The notes under the pieces: model-generated
Databases searched by the model: none
Told to the model about the DNA's origin: nothing
Seen by the model: the letters and a program-made list of their open reading frames with translations, nothing else
Program-made: the position numbers and the translations under genes
In this document: positions 12,901 through 25,368 of the stretch, one piece after another
Layout: the number at the start of each line of letters is the position of its first letter
Numbering within the stretch: the stretch's first letter is position 1
Assembly (NCBI GenBank): GCA_951406725.2
Contig: OX597814.1
Coordinates: forward strand, 210,428,001-210,492,000
Source: Octopus vulgaris
Taxonomy: Eukaryota
DNA length: 64,000 nucleotides
Direction: 5' to 3'

Positions 12901-15900
12901 TATGTATATGGATATGATTTAAAACATATCAACTCTTACGAAACCAACGCTGCTCTAACGGATTTATCGCGCTATACAAAGAATGTGAATATGTAACACA
13001 ATTGCATACACGACCACACAGAAAAAACACTCACAAACACATGGATATGTATAATGTCACCAATTAGTAAAGTACAAAAATGGGCAAATGAAATTTTGGT
13101 AAAATTTTCAAAATTAGAGAACTGTCCATTAGAGAAGTGTTCTAAATTGCCTGATTCTTGAATTTGTTTGAGATAGGAAGAGAGGGACAGAGAGGGAGAC
13201 AGAAAGACAGTGAGTGACGTGAAAACAGCGACGGAGATGTGGAGAGATAAAAGCACTTAGATATGGTTTCCGTTCTGTTCATCTTTTAATTTTACCAATA
13301 AAGAAAACCACCGAAACGAGCACAAGTTTCATTTCGTTAAAAAACTATGTATTGGAATTTTAAGCAATGATACATCGTAATTGCTGGGCATGCTCTTGAA
13401 TATTAGCTGAATCATCAACTGGGATGTAATATTATTGAAGATTGAAATGATCACCTGCATCTCAGCGGCGCAGATCTTACTCATCAAAATATTATGGACA
13501 CATTTTCCAGTTAGATACCATAATTTTGCCTTACCTTTGCCAAGAAATATCAGTATTGCTAAATATTTTATGCATATATTGCGTGAAAATTTAAATGTTT
13601 AAAGAAATTTATGTTGTTATTTTACAACACTTAAGTATCTTAGACAGACGTTTAAATGTGATTTAATCATATGAAAATCGGTTTTCATTATTCAAAAATT
13701 CTTGCATAGTAAAAAGGATTTTTTTGTATTAATTTTCAAACACTTCTACTTCAAAGTTTCTACACTAAGCGAAAAAATTCCAGGTACTTTTGTGTGCGGA
13801 TTCTAAGATTTGACATTTAGTTTTGTGAAGTTGCTTTACATTTTCACATATTTAAACTTCTCAAATAATGAGTTGTCTTAATATGAAAACGACTTGTAAC
13901 TGCTGAGGGATAGGTAAATATTACGGTTATATTCTTATTCTTTATCATCTCTTTTTACCCGTGCGTAAATATGAAATGATGATACGTTCTCTTTTTGGCG
14001 AATAGACTTTGTGATTAAAAAAGGAACAACATCGATAAAAATGCTGTTACTGCGTTCGAGAAAGCAAAATATTTTGCATTTTATATTGAAATCGAGATTA
14101 AACTTAGGACTTACGTTCTTCATAAGGGTAGCAAAATATGTGAAAACAATTAATTGTAATGAAGAAATAGATAGAGAAGATGTATCAATTTTGTGTGGAA
14201 TTCAGAACACTCCTTGCCCAATACTTTGATATTTGCTCATGTATTGTGCATATATTGTGCATATATGAGTATATTCTGAATAGAAATCAGCAAAATAAAC
14301 CGCTGCACACAGCGGTGCTATTTTCAAATCATTGTTTATATGAATTATTCAGTCTGTATCGTCAGATCTGGAGGAACCAAAATCACTTGAAGTTGACTTC
14401 AGTTGATAATAGTGGAAGTGCGTATAATAGAATATATTTAAAGCATACAATTCTTTTTCAATGTCATAAACGGAAATAAAAAAAAAGGATAATAAAGCAA
14501 TAGTCTGCAAATATTGTCCCTGGTCTAAAAGAATAGTCTATATCAGGAAGCTAAAATAACGTCTTATCAAACAAGAAAAGAGAAAATTCTCTCTTGCAAT
14601 AACCAGCATGAAACAAATCGTATGCTACAATGACAGCGGAACGTCTGAAAAATGAGAATATCTAATTCTTGTCCAAAAATTCTGAGGCATTTTCTTTTTA
14701 TAAATAGATACACGTGTAGCTTGAAACGAATGTTATAGCAGAATAGTAATCTTCTTTTATTTTCTTCAAATGCGTGCTCAATAAATTGCTCTTGAACGTG
14801 TACCATATCGAAATATATTTACTGATGCTTTGTATCGATCATGAGATGATGGAATTTTTGCTTGCATCAATAATAAGACTCTCGATCCCCACCATCATAC
14901 ATCTATGTATAGGATAGTGGCTATAAACAGTATCCTTGGAAATATAAAATGAATTTCAGGGGAAAAAGCATCGCTCTAAGCACAGTTTTAACAGCATTAA
15001 CAATCCATTTGTTAACCGAGGAACAAGCTTTTCCCATCACCATATATCTAGCTATAATTGGTGACGCAATTTGTTAAGCTCTTAGAAAACTCTTTCTAGT
15101 GATAGTCACATTAATCATGCTCACCAAAAAATTACTGCAGACGATTGAATTCAGACAAGTGTACTAATTTATTTATCTGATGTAAGTAGGATTTAAGCCT
15201 TACGTATCATGAACTGAAAACTAGAAAATTAAATTAGTTGTTATTATGCATTTAATTCGAGCTTTATTGTTCTAACCAACGCAATAAATCCAATTCATTA
15301 TTGTATTGTTATGAACTATAGAACAGAGAGTTGATGACAATGTTTATTTAATCACTATCATCGTCATCATGATCAATGAATAAGATCGTCCTGTTATATT
15401 TTTTGTATAAAGACTACGTTATGAGGCAAAATCAATATCTGCTTAAGCATAGAAAATTAACATAACATTTAAGATACTTTCAATTCCTATATTCAAATCT
15501 TTATGATATGCATTTAAGAAAGATTCAAAATAAAAGGTTAGGTCAACAATAACAATTTCTGTGTCAAACTGTTATAAAGTACCTATGTGTAGAGATCCAG
15601 TAAGTTACGAAAAATTTCGATTTTGAAGGGCTGAAGTTTCATCTAACTGTGTATAAATACATTTTGTTACCACTTCGTTTTAGATATAGAAGCTTCAAAT
15701 TTGTAAATTAATTTAAATATGTAAATCAGTGTTGACTCTGGTGGAATCGAAATCATATGATTCTTAAAGAATCAAATCCATTTACAGTATGTCATTTTGT
15801 TCACCGCCAACAACTTTCTGTCCTTCATCCCTTCGAAAAGTGAGCGTCAAGATTTAGCAGCTATACCCAAACATATAGCTATGTTTAATGTTTCATCTGA

Positions 15901-16215
15901 TAAGGTCCAAAAGATACAAAGTTACGAAACAAAAGGTCTGAATTAGTAGATTCATTTATTAACAGAGAAAATATATTAATAAATCTACCACGCATTACTT
16001 GTGAATTATGGGAATTGAGCGACCTATCTTCAACGGAGCACTGTTGCAATTGTTTACCAGGTCAAATTGTATCTGTGTACACTAAATTTAAAATGCTAGT
16101 GAAATATTGTCCTTTCAAACGCACTGAAATTCCTACTTGGCTTTCTTAATCTCATACGTATATTTATATATATACACATATATAAATATATATATATACA
16201 TATATATATATACAT

Positions 16216-16615
16216 ATATTGTTATATTTCGGAATGGTCATTTTGCCAGTTTAGCCAATAAAAACACACGCACTATATATTTGGTGTTACTTTGCTTCAG
16301 TGTTATTTATTTTTTACATTAATCTTAATCTTATTTCGGCCAGAGTTCTTTCGTCACACTCCTGTGACCGCATCAGTGGTCCTTTGTTTTCTTCTCACTT
16401 ATGGCTGACGGTTAGTAAGGAGAGACAAATAAGTGAGAAGAAAACAAAGGACCATTGATGCGGTCACAGGAGTGTGATGAAAGAACTCTGGCCGAAATAA
16501 GATTAAGATTAATGTAAAAAATAAATATCACTGAAGCAAAGTAACACCAAATATATAGTGCGTGTGTTTTTATTGGCTAAACTGGCAAAATGACCATTCC
16601 GAAATATAACAATAT
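16216..16615. repeat. 187-bp inverted repeat, 26-bp spacer (Penelope-like inverted terminal repeats)
   Basis: Arms 16216-16402 and 16429-16615 with three mismatches. The ORF track shows the same peptide on both strands. An HHR-like motif lies in each arm. Confidence 0.9.
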
Positions 16616-18524
16616 CTGTTTCAACACACGACTTCACATAAAAAATCTTGCACAACAAATATTTAAACGTACTATATATATACATATATATACATATTAT
16701 AAGATTGTATTTAATGTATATTTTAATTACTTCAACATCTATGTAAATAAATAAATTTAAGCTTCGTTTGTAGCATATGTAAATGATAATGCCTAATCGC
16801 CATTGATAACTAAAACCTTCCAATCTTAGATAATTAAATATAGGCCAGGAGCATATGCCAGTAACATAGGCCAATAGAATATTGGGTATTTATCGTGTAA
16901 ATTTAGTGTAAATATCTAAGGGAAATTTTCTTTTGGCAAGCGTTGATGACAGGAAAATAGGTATAAAACGTTGCTTTGGTAGATTAATCTTTGGAAGTAT
17001 ATTCATTTGGTATTAATTAACTTTGGCAACTGCTCTTCTGCTACTTGAAGTACGAATATATTTCATTCAAGTGAACTATGACAATTTCCATACTGGTAAT
17101 CGAAAGAAAGCGTGCAGGGTTCTCTCTCAACACAGTTCAACCAAGCGTTAAATCAAATATCATCATGTACTGTATACCATGCATGTAACGGAATTACATT
17201 ACACGGATGACTTTCTGGCTTTTTTACAATACACTGATAATGCAAAGACGAAACGTATGTGCAGAATGAAATAGCATTAGCAATTCTACGGCATTTCCTC
17301 TATAGTCCTTACTGAATGTTTTGGACAGAATCCAAACTAAAAGCATGACGTATAATATGAGATCCAACCTTTACAGATGATCAGTTAAATCTACAGCATT
17401 TATCTTGTCACTGTTACTTAAAAAGTTTAGCTTTCTTGTTATTCTACACCATAACTCTCATTCACCCATACTTGGTTCTATTTTGTACAGTGCTTAATCA
17501 ATCCGATTCTGCATGTGTGGGCTTTTACACTGATACACACAAAATAGCCACCATTATCACCGCAATACAACTGCTTCTAATAGACCCAATAATACTGTTT
17601 CTTGTTGTAAATTTAGAAACAATAAAGTAACTATAGTCACTCATTTTCTTTCTATCAATCGATACATTAATGAATACATAAATTCTATACAACAAGCGTA
17701 TACTGTTGTATTTTATTAATGCTGACAGGAGGGTTAAAATCTGAAGTATATACAGCAGAGATACACAAGTCTCACACAAGTATCATACCAATGAACGAAT
17801 ACTTCAGAGTCAATCGTTTCGAGGAAAGATTGGACATTAATATGAATAAATTTCACCTTAGTCGTCATCATCTAATCAATTACTTAATAAATTTGTACTC
17901 AAATTTTCTTAACATAAGTAACATATATATCTCGAATATATTGAGCTATTTCAGAGAAGGTAAGTAAAACGTGTGCTAGAAGTAGAGATTTTATGACCTA
18001 CATTTTTTCTTAACTAAACTAGCATGCATTATTATTTACCCATACAAACATTATGAATTGCACGTTGTAAGTCAAACGAAAATATCTATAGGTGATATTG
18101 AATAAAACCATATATAATCGTGCTACGTATATGTAGGTATATGGCATGGAATAAGAAAGTTGTTTGTATATGTGTGTGTATATACATATATATATATATG
18201 TATACACACACTCATATATTACTATATATAGGCACAAACGTATGCGGACGTATCTGTGTTTACATACGTGCGAGTATGTAGAGTGCAAATTCGTGGATTT
18301 CCTCTTTTACTACATAGGTGTTTCACACGAGGCGTTCATACTTGAGATTTAAAAGCCACATACATAGATGGATGTATGCCTCTCTTTCTCAATCTCTCTT
18401 TGTATCTGCCCTCTCTCTCTCTCTCTCTCTGTATATATATATATATATTAATAAATAAATAAAAAAATATGCATATATATAAACATATATGTACGTACCT
18501 ACCTCTACATGTACATATACACGC

Positions 18525-18705
18525 ACATATGAGTACAGGACACCAAGAAGACGTCGAACACAATGAGAAACGAAAACATAGATACAAACCAAAGGAACTG
18601 GACGTTTTTATAAACAGCGAAAATATAGAGTACAGGACAATTAACACAAAGAAAAAAACCCTTCTTCAGTCGCTATGGTTTCATCTACTCTACGTTTCGA
18701 TGTAC
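18525..18705 (-). mobile_element. Penelope-like terminal fragment
   Basis: Minus strand begins TCGAAACGTAGAG (HHR 3'-half-like); internal direct repeat GAGTACAGGACA; microsatellite flanks. Confidence 0.4.
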
Positions 18706-19189
18706 TTATATATATAAGCATATATATAAATGCGCGTATGTATGTATTTGTCTGTTAGTGAATGTACTTTGTGTGTGTGTTGTGTGTGTGTGTGCGTTTG
18801 CTGTCTTATTAGTATATGTTGCCTAGATGCAGAGGGCACCGCTAGAAATAATCAGCAAATAAGACGAGAGTGACATCGAAAAATCTACTCGCATATATTC
18901 AATGCGTGTAGAAAGAACGGAATACCAATGGCATAAACGTTTTTGACTCCAGCGATGAACGGTGAGCCTTGATCTGGAATTCATCAACGAAAGCAACAAT
19001 TTGAAGCCAATACGTCATCATTAGGCATTTGTCTATGTCTATTAGGATTTACTGAAAACGTGAAAAGGTTTTTTTATTATTGAGTCTAACGTATATAGAA
19101 GTCGAAACTAATATCTTCACTATATTCGGTCTTAAAAAACATTACTTCTCTCTCATCTTTACTAATATTTTGGCTACCAATATAAACTC

Positions 19190-19388
19190 TCTTACTCTCT
19201 TACTTGTTTCAGTCATTTGACTGCGGCCATGCTGGAGCACCGCCTATAATCGAGCAACTCGACCCCGGGACTTATTATTTGTAAGCCCAGTACTTATTCT
19301 ATCGGTCTCTTTTTGCCGAACCGTTAAGTGACGGGGACGTAAACACACCAGCATCGGTTGTCAAGCAATGCTAGGGGGACAAGCACAG

Positions 19389-19433
<45 letters not shown>

Positions 19434-19613
19434 TACATATATATACATATATACGACAGGCTTCTTTCTGTTTCCGTCTACCAAATCCACTCACAAGGCA
19501 TTGGCCGGCCCGGGGCTATAGCAGAAGACACTTGCCCAAGATGCCGCGCAGTGGGACTGAACCCAGAACCATGTGGTTGGTTAGCAAGATACTTACCACA
19601 CAGCCACTCCTAC
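19190..19613 (-). mobile_element. full-length octopus-type tRNA-derived SINE (CORE-like centre)
   Basis: Minus strand A box TGGCTGTGTGG, B box GGTTCAGTCCC, CTTGGGCAAGTG CORE-like motif, internal (TG)n, (AAGAGTA)-type tail. Confidence 0.93.
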
Positions 19614-20247
19614 GTGTGTGAGAATGTTTGAGAGAGTTTATCCAATTCAATATATAGAAAACGCATTCAAATATATATTCAGGTTGAAAAGATAAATTAT
19701 AATCGAGTACATGACTTGATATAAGAAGAAAACATATAAACACGCACGAGCTTACATGGAAGTGCATTAACTTACAATATTTCTTATATGCATTACATAA
19801 GTCGTTATGTTGCATGGAAAGAAAATATATAACACAATTCAAGAGAATGTTCTCAATTAACCGACATCATTGAAGAATTTGAAGAAACAAAAGTAAAAAT
19901 ATATAAGCAAACAATATTACAATATTCTGTCCAGTTTTATTGTTGGAGGTTAATAAGTAACAAAAGGGAAGTTTAGAACGATGAATATATATCAAACACA
20001 TATGCACACACGCACATGTATAGATACATGCATACATTCATACATACATGCATACATATATGCACACACATTTACATACATACACACATATGCTGCAACG
20101 TATTCAGGGGCTTCATGGTATGGATATGCTTAGCGTGAAGATTATATATATATATATATATATATATGCGTGTGTGAATGTGTGTGTGTTGTGTATGTAT
20201 TTATGTATATAGGTATACATAGATGTATATGTGTGTATGTATATATG

Positions 20248-20329
<82 letters not shown>

Positions 20330-20350
20330 TAGATAGATAGATACATAAAC

Positions 20351-20413
<63 letters not shown>

Positions 20414-20479
20414 TAGAGAACTAACAACTTTACAGAACACCCTCGCATATATAATATAAGATTGACTCTCCCATCAAAG

Positions 20480-20715
20480 ACGACGTATGAATTTTCTCTT
20501 TTGTCGAACGAACTGCACAGATGCTGTACATAAGCTCTCTCCCACCGTCAAATTGTGGTTGCTTGAACAGGGGCACAGTGTGCCACACACCAGCGGTCGA
20601 ATTGATCGTAGAGCAACCGGAGATGAAGTGTTTTTCTCAAGAATACGACACGCGATCTAGGTTTTGAAACAATGACCTCGTGATTGTGAATGTAACATCT
20701 TAGCTAGACCACGTA
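20480..20715 (-). mobile_element. degenerate SINE of another family
   Basis: GAGCAACCGGAGATGAAGTGTTTTTCTCAAGAATACGACAC...GAAACAATGACCTCGTGATTG; tRNA-like head at the right end. Confidence 0.5.
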
Positions 20716-20774
20716 CCATCACGTACAACAACAAGGACAACAACAGCAACAACAGCAACCATGATAATAAGAAT

Positions 20775-21338
20775 ATGGTGACTATGTCCAAAGTACGGCC
20801 TGAACACAACACGGAAAGGGTACGAACATGAATCAGAAGGAGTCATAGAAAAATGAATGTAAGATACTATGGGATATTACAATCCAATGTGACCCTCTAA
20901 TCAATCATCGGATAGCAGAGATTGTGGTAGATAGAGGAAAAAGAGGGAACCAAGAGTATAAATATTGCAATGACTTGGGATGCACACATAAGTAACAAAG
21001 AATTGGGAAAGATGGAAAAGTGCAGACTACTAAAAGCAGAAATTGCGAGAATGTGGATTATGAAGAGAGTCATCCAAGTAGTTGTTGTGGTACTCGGTGC
21101 ACTAACAAGAAAGTTCGAGAAACATGTCTGGTAAATCGGAATTGACGTGAGAGCTGATCAAGGCTCAAAGACTCCTCTGCTGTGGGAGCTAGAATTTTGA
21201 CATTGGCACTCCGGTGTTGAATATCTTCCACGATGATTAGTAACCTGGTATCAAAGTTTGTAATCTGCTGAAAGAGAACCCGTGAGACCTCTGACAACAA
21301 GCTGCTGTCCGTTCTCATGGAATCAACCGGAGGAAACA

Positions 21339-21340
<2 letters not shown>
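20775..21340 (+). mobile_element. R4/Dong-type LINE 3' fragment (restriction-like endonuclease)
   Basis: YEHESEGVIE / CKILWDITIQCD..INHRIAEIV / [26 protein letters not shown], across frameshifts. Confidence 0.85.
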
Positions 21341-21409
<69 letters not shown>

Positions 21410-21486
21410 CAGCGTAAATTGAAACATTTGTATGTATACATATTTATATATATATATATATATACACAAATGGGTATGTATATATG

Positions 21487-21840
21487 GAAGCACTCCGTCG
21501 GTTACGACGACGAGGGTTCCGGTTGTTCCGAATCAACGGGAACAGCCTGCTCGTGAAATTAACGTGTAAGTGGCTGAGCACTCCACAGACACGTGTACCC
21601 TTAACGTAGTTCTCGGGGATATTCAGCGTGACACAGAGAGTGACAAGGCCGGCCCTTTGAAATACAGGTACAACAGAAACAGGAAGTAAGAGTGAGAGAA
21701 AGTTGTGGTGAAAGAGTACAGCAGGGATCACCACCATCCCCTGCCGGAGCCTCGTGGAGCTTTAGGTGTTTTTGCTCAATAAACACTCACAACGCCCGGT
21801 CTGGGAATCGAAACCGCGATCCTATGACCGCGAGTCCGCT
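21487..21840 (-). mobile_element. tRNA-derived SINE (second family), 5'-truncated
   Basis: Minus strand GGACTCGCGGTCATAGGATCGCGGTTTCGATTCCCAGACCGGGCG (B box); head shared with the copy at 48007. Confidence 0.88.
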
Positions 21841-21849
21841 ATATATATA

Positions 21850-22001
21850 AATGAAAGAATGGAGTCGAGATGTTAACAAAATTCCTTTACTCTCGATATA
21901 TGTTTCGAAGACAACATGTTTTCATTCCAAGGTTTTCACCAAGGTTTCGGTTAAACGAATTTTCCATGCTGACGATAAACATAGGATAATTCATTCACCT
22001 A

Positions 22002-22005
<4 letters not shown>
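21850..22005 (-). mobile_element. Penelope-like terminal fragment
   Basis: Minus strand CTTCGAAACATATATCGAGAG (HHR 3'-half-like); between (TA)n tracts. Confidence 0.35.
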
Positions 22006-22075
<70 letters not shown>

Positions 22076-22089
22076 CATAATATATATAC

Positions 22090-22121
<32 letters not shown>

Positions 22122-22348
22122 GCAAGTGTGTGCAAATATATGTGTGAGTACAGTAATAACGGGAATATAAGTATAACTATTGTAATCAAAATTTGTTTTA
22201 ATATGTAGATTGGTTTTAATGTGAAATACATGTACGTGTCAGGTCTATATACTTTCGTACAGATAACTCATTGTATGCTCATTATGCATACAATACCTGC
22301 TGCACATATTATATATACATATATATTTTTTTCTTCTAGTTTCAGCTC

Positions 22349-22416
<68 letters not shown>

Positions 22417-22486
22417 GTGCCCCAGCATGGCAACAGCTCGTGAGCTGAAACTAGATAAAATAAAAATAAATGAAATAAATAAATGA

Positions 22487-22585
<99 letters not shown>

Positions 22586-23145
22586 GATACATAGATGTGT
22601 GTGTATTCGTGCGTGTGTGGGCCTACACTCATGTAAAGCGCACACGTATATATTTATATATGACACACTCCCTCACCCTCTCTCTCTCTCACACATATAT
22701 ACACGCACACACGTAACATACACACACACACACACATCTATATATATCTAAGCGGATTTAGAAACATCTACACAATTTATGTTGTAATATTTTCTGCAGC
22801 ATTGATGTTTACATCAAACAGTGAAAAAATAAATCTGTTCAAACTATTTCAATTGAATGAAGGTAATTTCTTGTGGCACCAATAATTGATACAAGCATAA
22901 ATAAAATAGACGCCACACACTTATTAAGAGAAAATTTGTGAAAAGAAAGTTGCTGACTCTCTAACTTTAAATGTATTTATTTTTACTTAAGATTTAAAGT
23001 TGAGCAAGACTATATTTGCATACGGCTGTTCTTACATATCCACATTTTTTTAATTATTATTTACGAATTACAACGCAGAATGCGCGTGCATTCCGAATCA
23101 CATGCACACAGACACACAGGCACACAAATATCAAATATATAACGC

Positions 23146-23361
23146 CTTTACTCTTTTACTTGTTTCAGTCATTTGACTGCGGCCATGCTGGAGCACCGCC
23201 TTTAATCGAGCAACTCGACCCCGGGACTTATTCTTTTTGTAAGCCCAGTACTTATTCTATCGGTCTATTTTGCCGAACCGCTAAGTAACAGGGACATAAA
23301 CACACCAGCATCGGTTGTCAAGCAATGCTAGGGGGACAAACACAGACACACAAACACACAA

Positions 23362-23425
<64 letters not shown>

Positions 23426-23703
23426 ATATATATATGTTTCCGTCTACCAAATCCACTCACAAGGCTTCGGTCGGCCCGAGGCTATAGTAGAAGACACTTG
23501 CCCAAGGTGCCACGCTGTGGGACTGAACCCGGAACCATGTGGTATATATATGTATGTATGTATACCTATATCTATTTAACTATCTATGTGTACATATGTA
23601 TATCTCAGTGCCAGCATTATTGTTAGTAGATTGCTGCGCATGAATAGCATTGTATACAATGTTTCATAATGATAAACAAGCTACTTACCACACAGTCACT
23701 CCT
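23146..23703 (-). mobile_element. tRNA-derived SINE interrupted by a 133-bp insertion (23544-23676)
   Basis: Matches 19190-19613 up to CCATGTGGT and resumes at CAAGCTACTTACCACACAG. Confidence 0.92.
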
Positions 23704-23796
23704 ATTGTTCTAACTTCCATTCTACTTATCTTCCTATCTATCAACCTATGTATATGCATATATATATATATATATATATAGTTTTTTACATGTACT

Positions 23797-23834
<38 letters not shown>

Positions 23835-23868
23835 TTACATATACTTATATATAATATATATGTATATG

Positions 23869-23924
<56 letters not shown>

Positions 23925-24103
23925 GTATATATATGTATGTATACCTATATCTATTTAACTATCTATGTGTACATATGTATATCTCAGTGCCAGCATTATT
24001 GTTAGTAGATTGCTGCGCATGAATAGCATTGTATGCAATGTTTCATAATGATAAATAAGAGAACGTAATATCTTTTACCAGCTCAAATTGAATGATACAT
24101 GAA

Positions 24104-24350
24104 AATCTGGAGGTTAAGCTTGAGTACATGCTGTATATTGAGTAGTTGACATTTCTGCAAAATCGGTTAGATTTCACTGATATATTAAATGCTAACTTGC
24201 CTCTTTCAGTTGTTCCTGATTTGCTGCCTGATAATCTGGAGGCTAAGCTTGAATGCATGCTATTTATTGAGTATTTGACTCTTCTGCAAAATCGGTTAGA
24301 TTTCAAGGCTATTTTAAATGTTAACTTGCATCTTCCAACAGTTCTTGCTT
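24104..24350. repeat. diverged tandem duplication, period 129 bp
   Basis: AATCTGGAGG.TAAGCTTGA at 24104 and 24233; CTGCAAAATCGGTTAGATTTCA in both units. Confidence 0.9.
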
Positions 24351-24944
24351 CAAGCCACGGTGTATTGAAATAGTGACAATTGCAAACATACCATTGATCA
24401 GATATTAAACTAGATTAGACGAGAATGTTGGCAACGATCGATAACCAATCGTCCTCTACAATTAATCTTCACCTGAGCGTCCATATTTTTCCAAATACTT
24501 GATAGACGCGTTAGCATTTGTAAAGGGTACATGCCCAAAATCAGAGAAGCGTGTAAGATAATCGTAGCAAGAAATGAAAACTTTCATTTATTGGAAAAGA
24601 AAGGAGCGCATGTATATCTGTACCATTTCGATTGAAATAACTGTTCTTGCTGTCAAAAGCAACTTCGAGCCACAACAATATAAGCAACATAGGAAAGAGC
24701 AATTACAGTTTGCGGATTAAGAGAAGCTACTTCAATAACAATAGTAACTTCGCATGAAAGTTAATGAGCAAATATTTGTCAAAAGATGAATGTCAAAAAT
24801 TAATTTCAACATACGCATCCTAGGAAATGATTGATCTAAACAAGAGAATGCAAACAGTACCATTATCTCATGACAGACAAGACACCATATCTCAAAAAGT
24901 TGTGACAAAAGAAATGGCTTGAAAGGGCTCCTTTCCGCCCAACT

Positions 24945-24947
24945 ATA

Positions 24948-25036
<89 letters not shown>

Positions 25037-25050
25037 CTCTCTTCTCTCTC

Positions 25051-25128
<78 letters not shown>
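24945..25128. repeat. compound (TATC)n/(TC)n/(TA)n microsatellite
   Basis: Direct. Confidence 0.95.
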
Positions 25129-25130
<2 letters not shown>

Positions 25131-25228
25131 TGCACACACACACGTATACACACATATATACATATAATTATAATACAGTAATTTCCTTTTATATAACGTT
25201 ATTTTTTCATAGCGTTTTTCAGATAGCC

Positions 25229-25291
25229 AGATAACCGAAGAGATGGTGTTGTGAATTTCTACTCCGGCATCTGAAACTCGGAGTTTTATCT
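25229..25291 (+). ncRNA. minimal hammerhead ribozyme, U4C core variant
   Basis: AGATAA-CCGAAGA-GATG..CATC-T-GAAA-CTCGGAG-TT-TTATCT: perfect 6-bp stem I, stem II GATG/CATC, stem III ACTC/GAGT. Confidence 0.6.
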
Positions 25292-25317
25292 TGACTATTG
25301 AGTAATGTAACATATTA

Positions 25318-25368
<51 letters not shown>

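Noticed and set aside
14520-14645. Minus-strand acceptor followed by RSAVIVAYDLF (SEA GSVIV-like)
   Set aside because: Lacks the GS motif and a clear donor; position inconsistent with the other candidate exons.
17719-17967. Plus-strand ORF ending at AG|GTAAGT
   Set aside because: Low-complexity N/I/Y composition; no acceptor or partner exon.
19540-19613. tRNA-like A/B boxes here and at 48007, 55580 and 27300
   Set aside because: SINE heads with no complete cloverleaf, so not called as tRNA genes.
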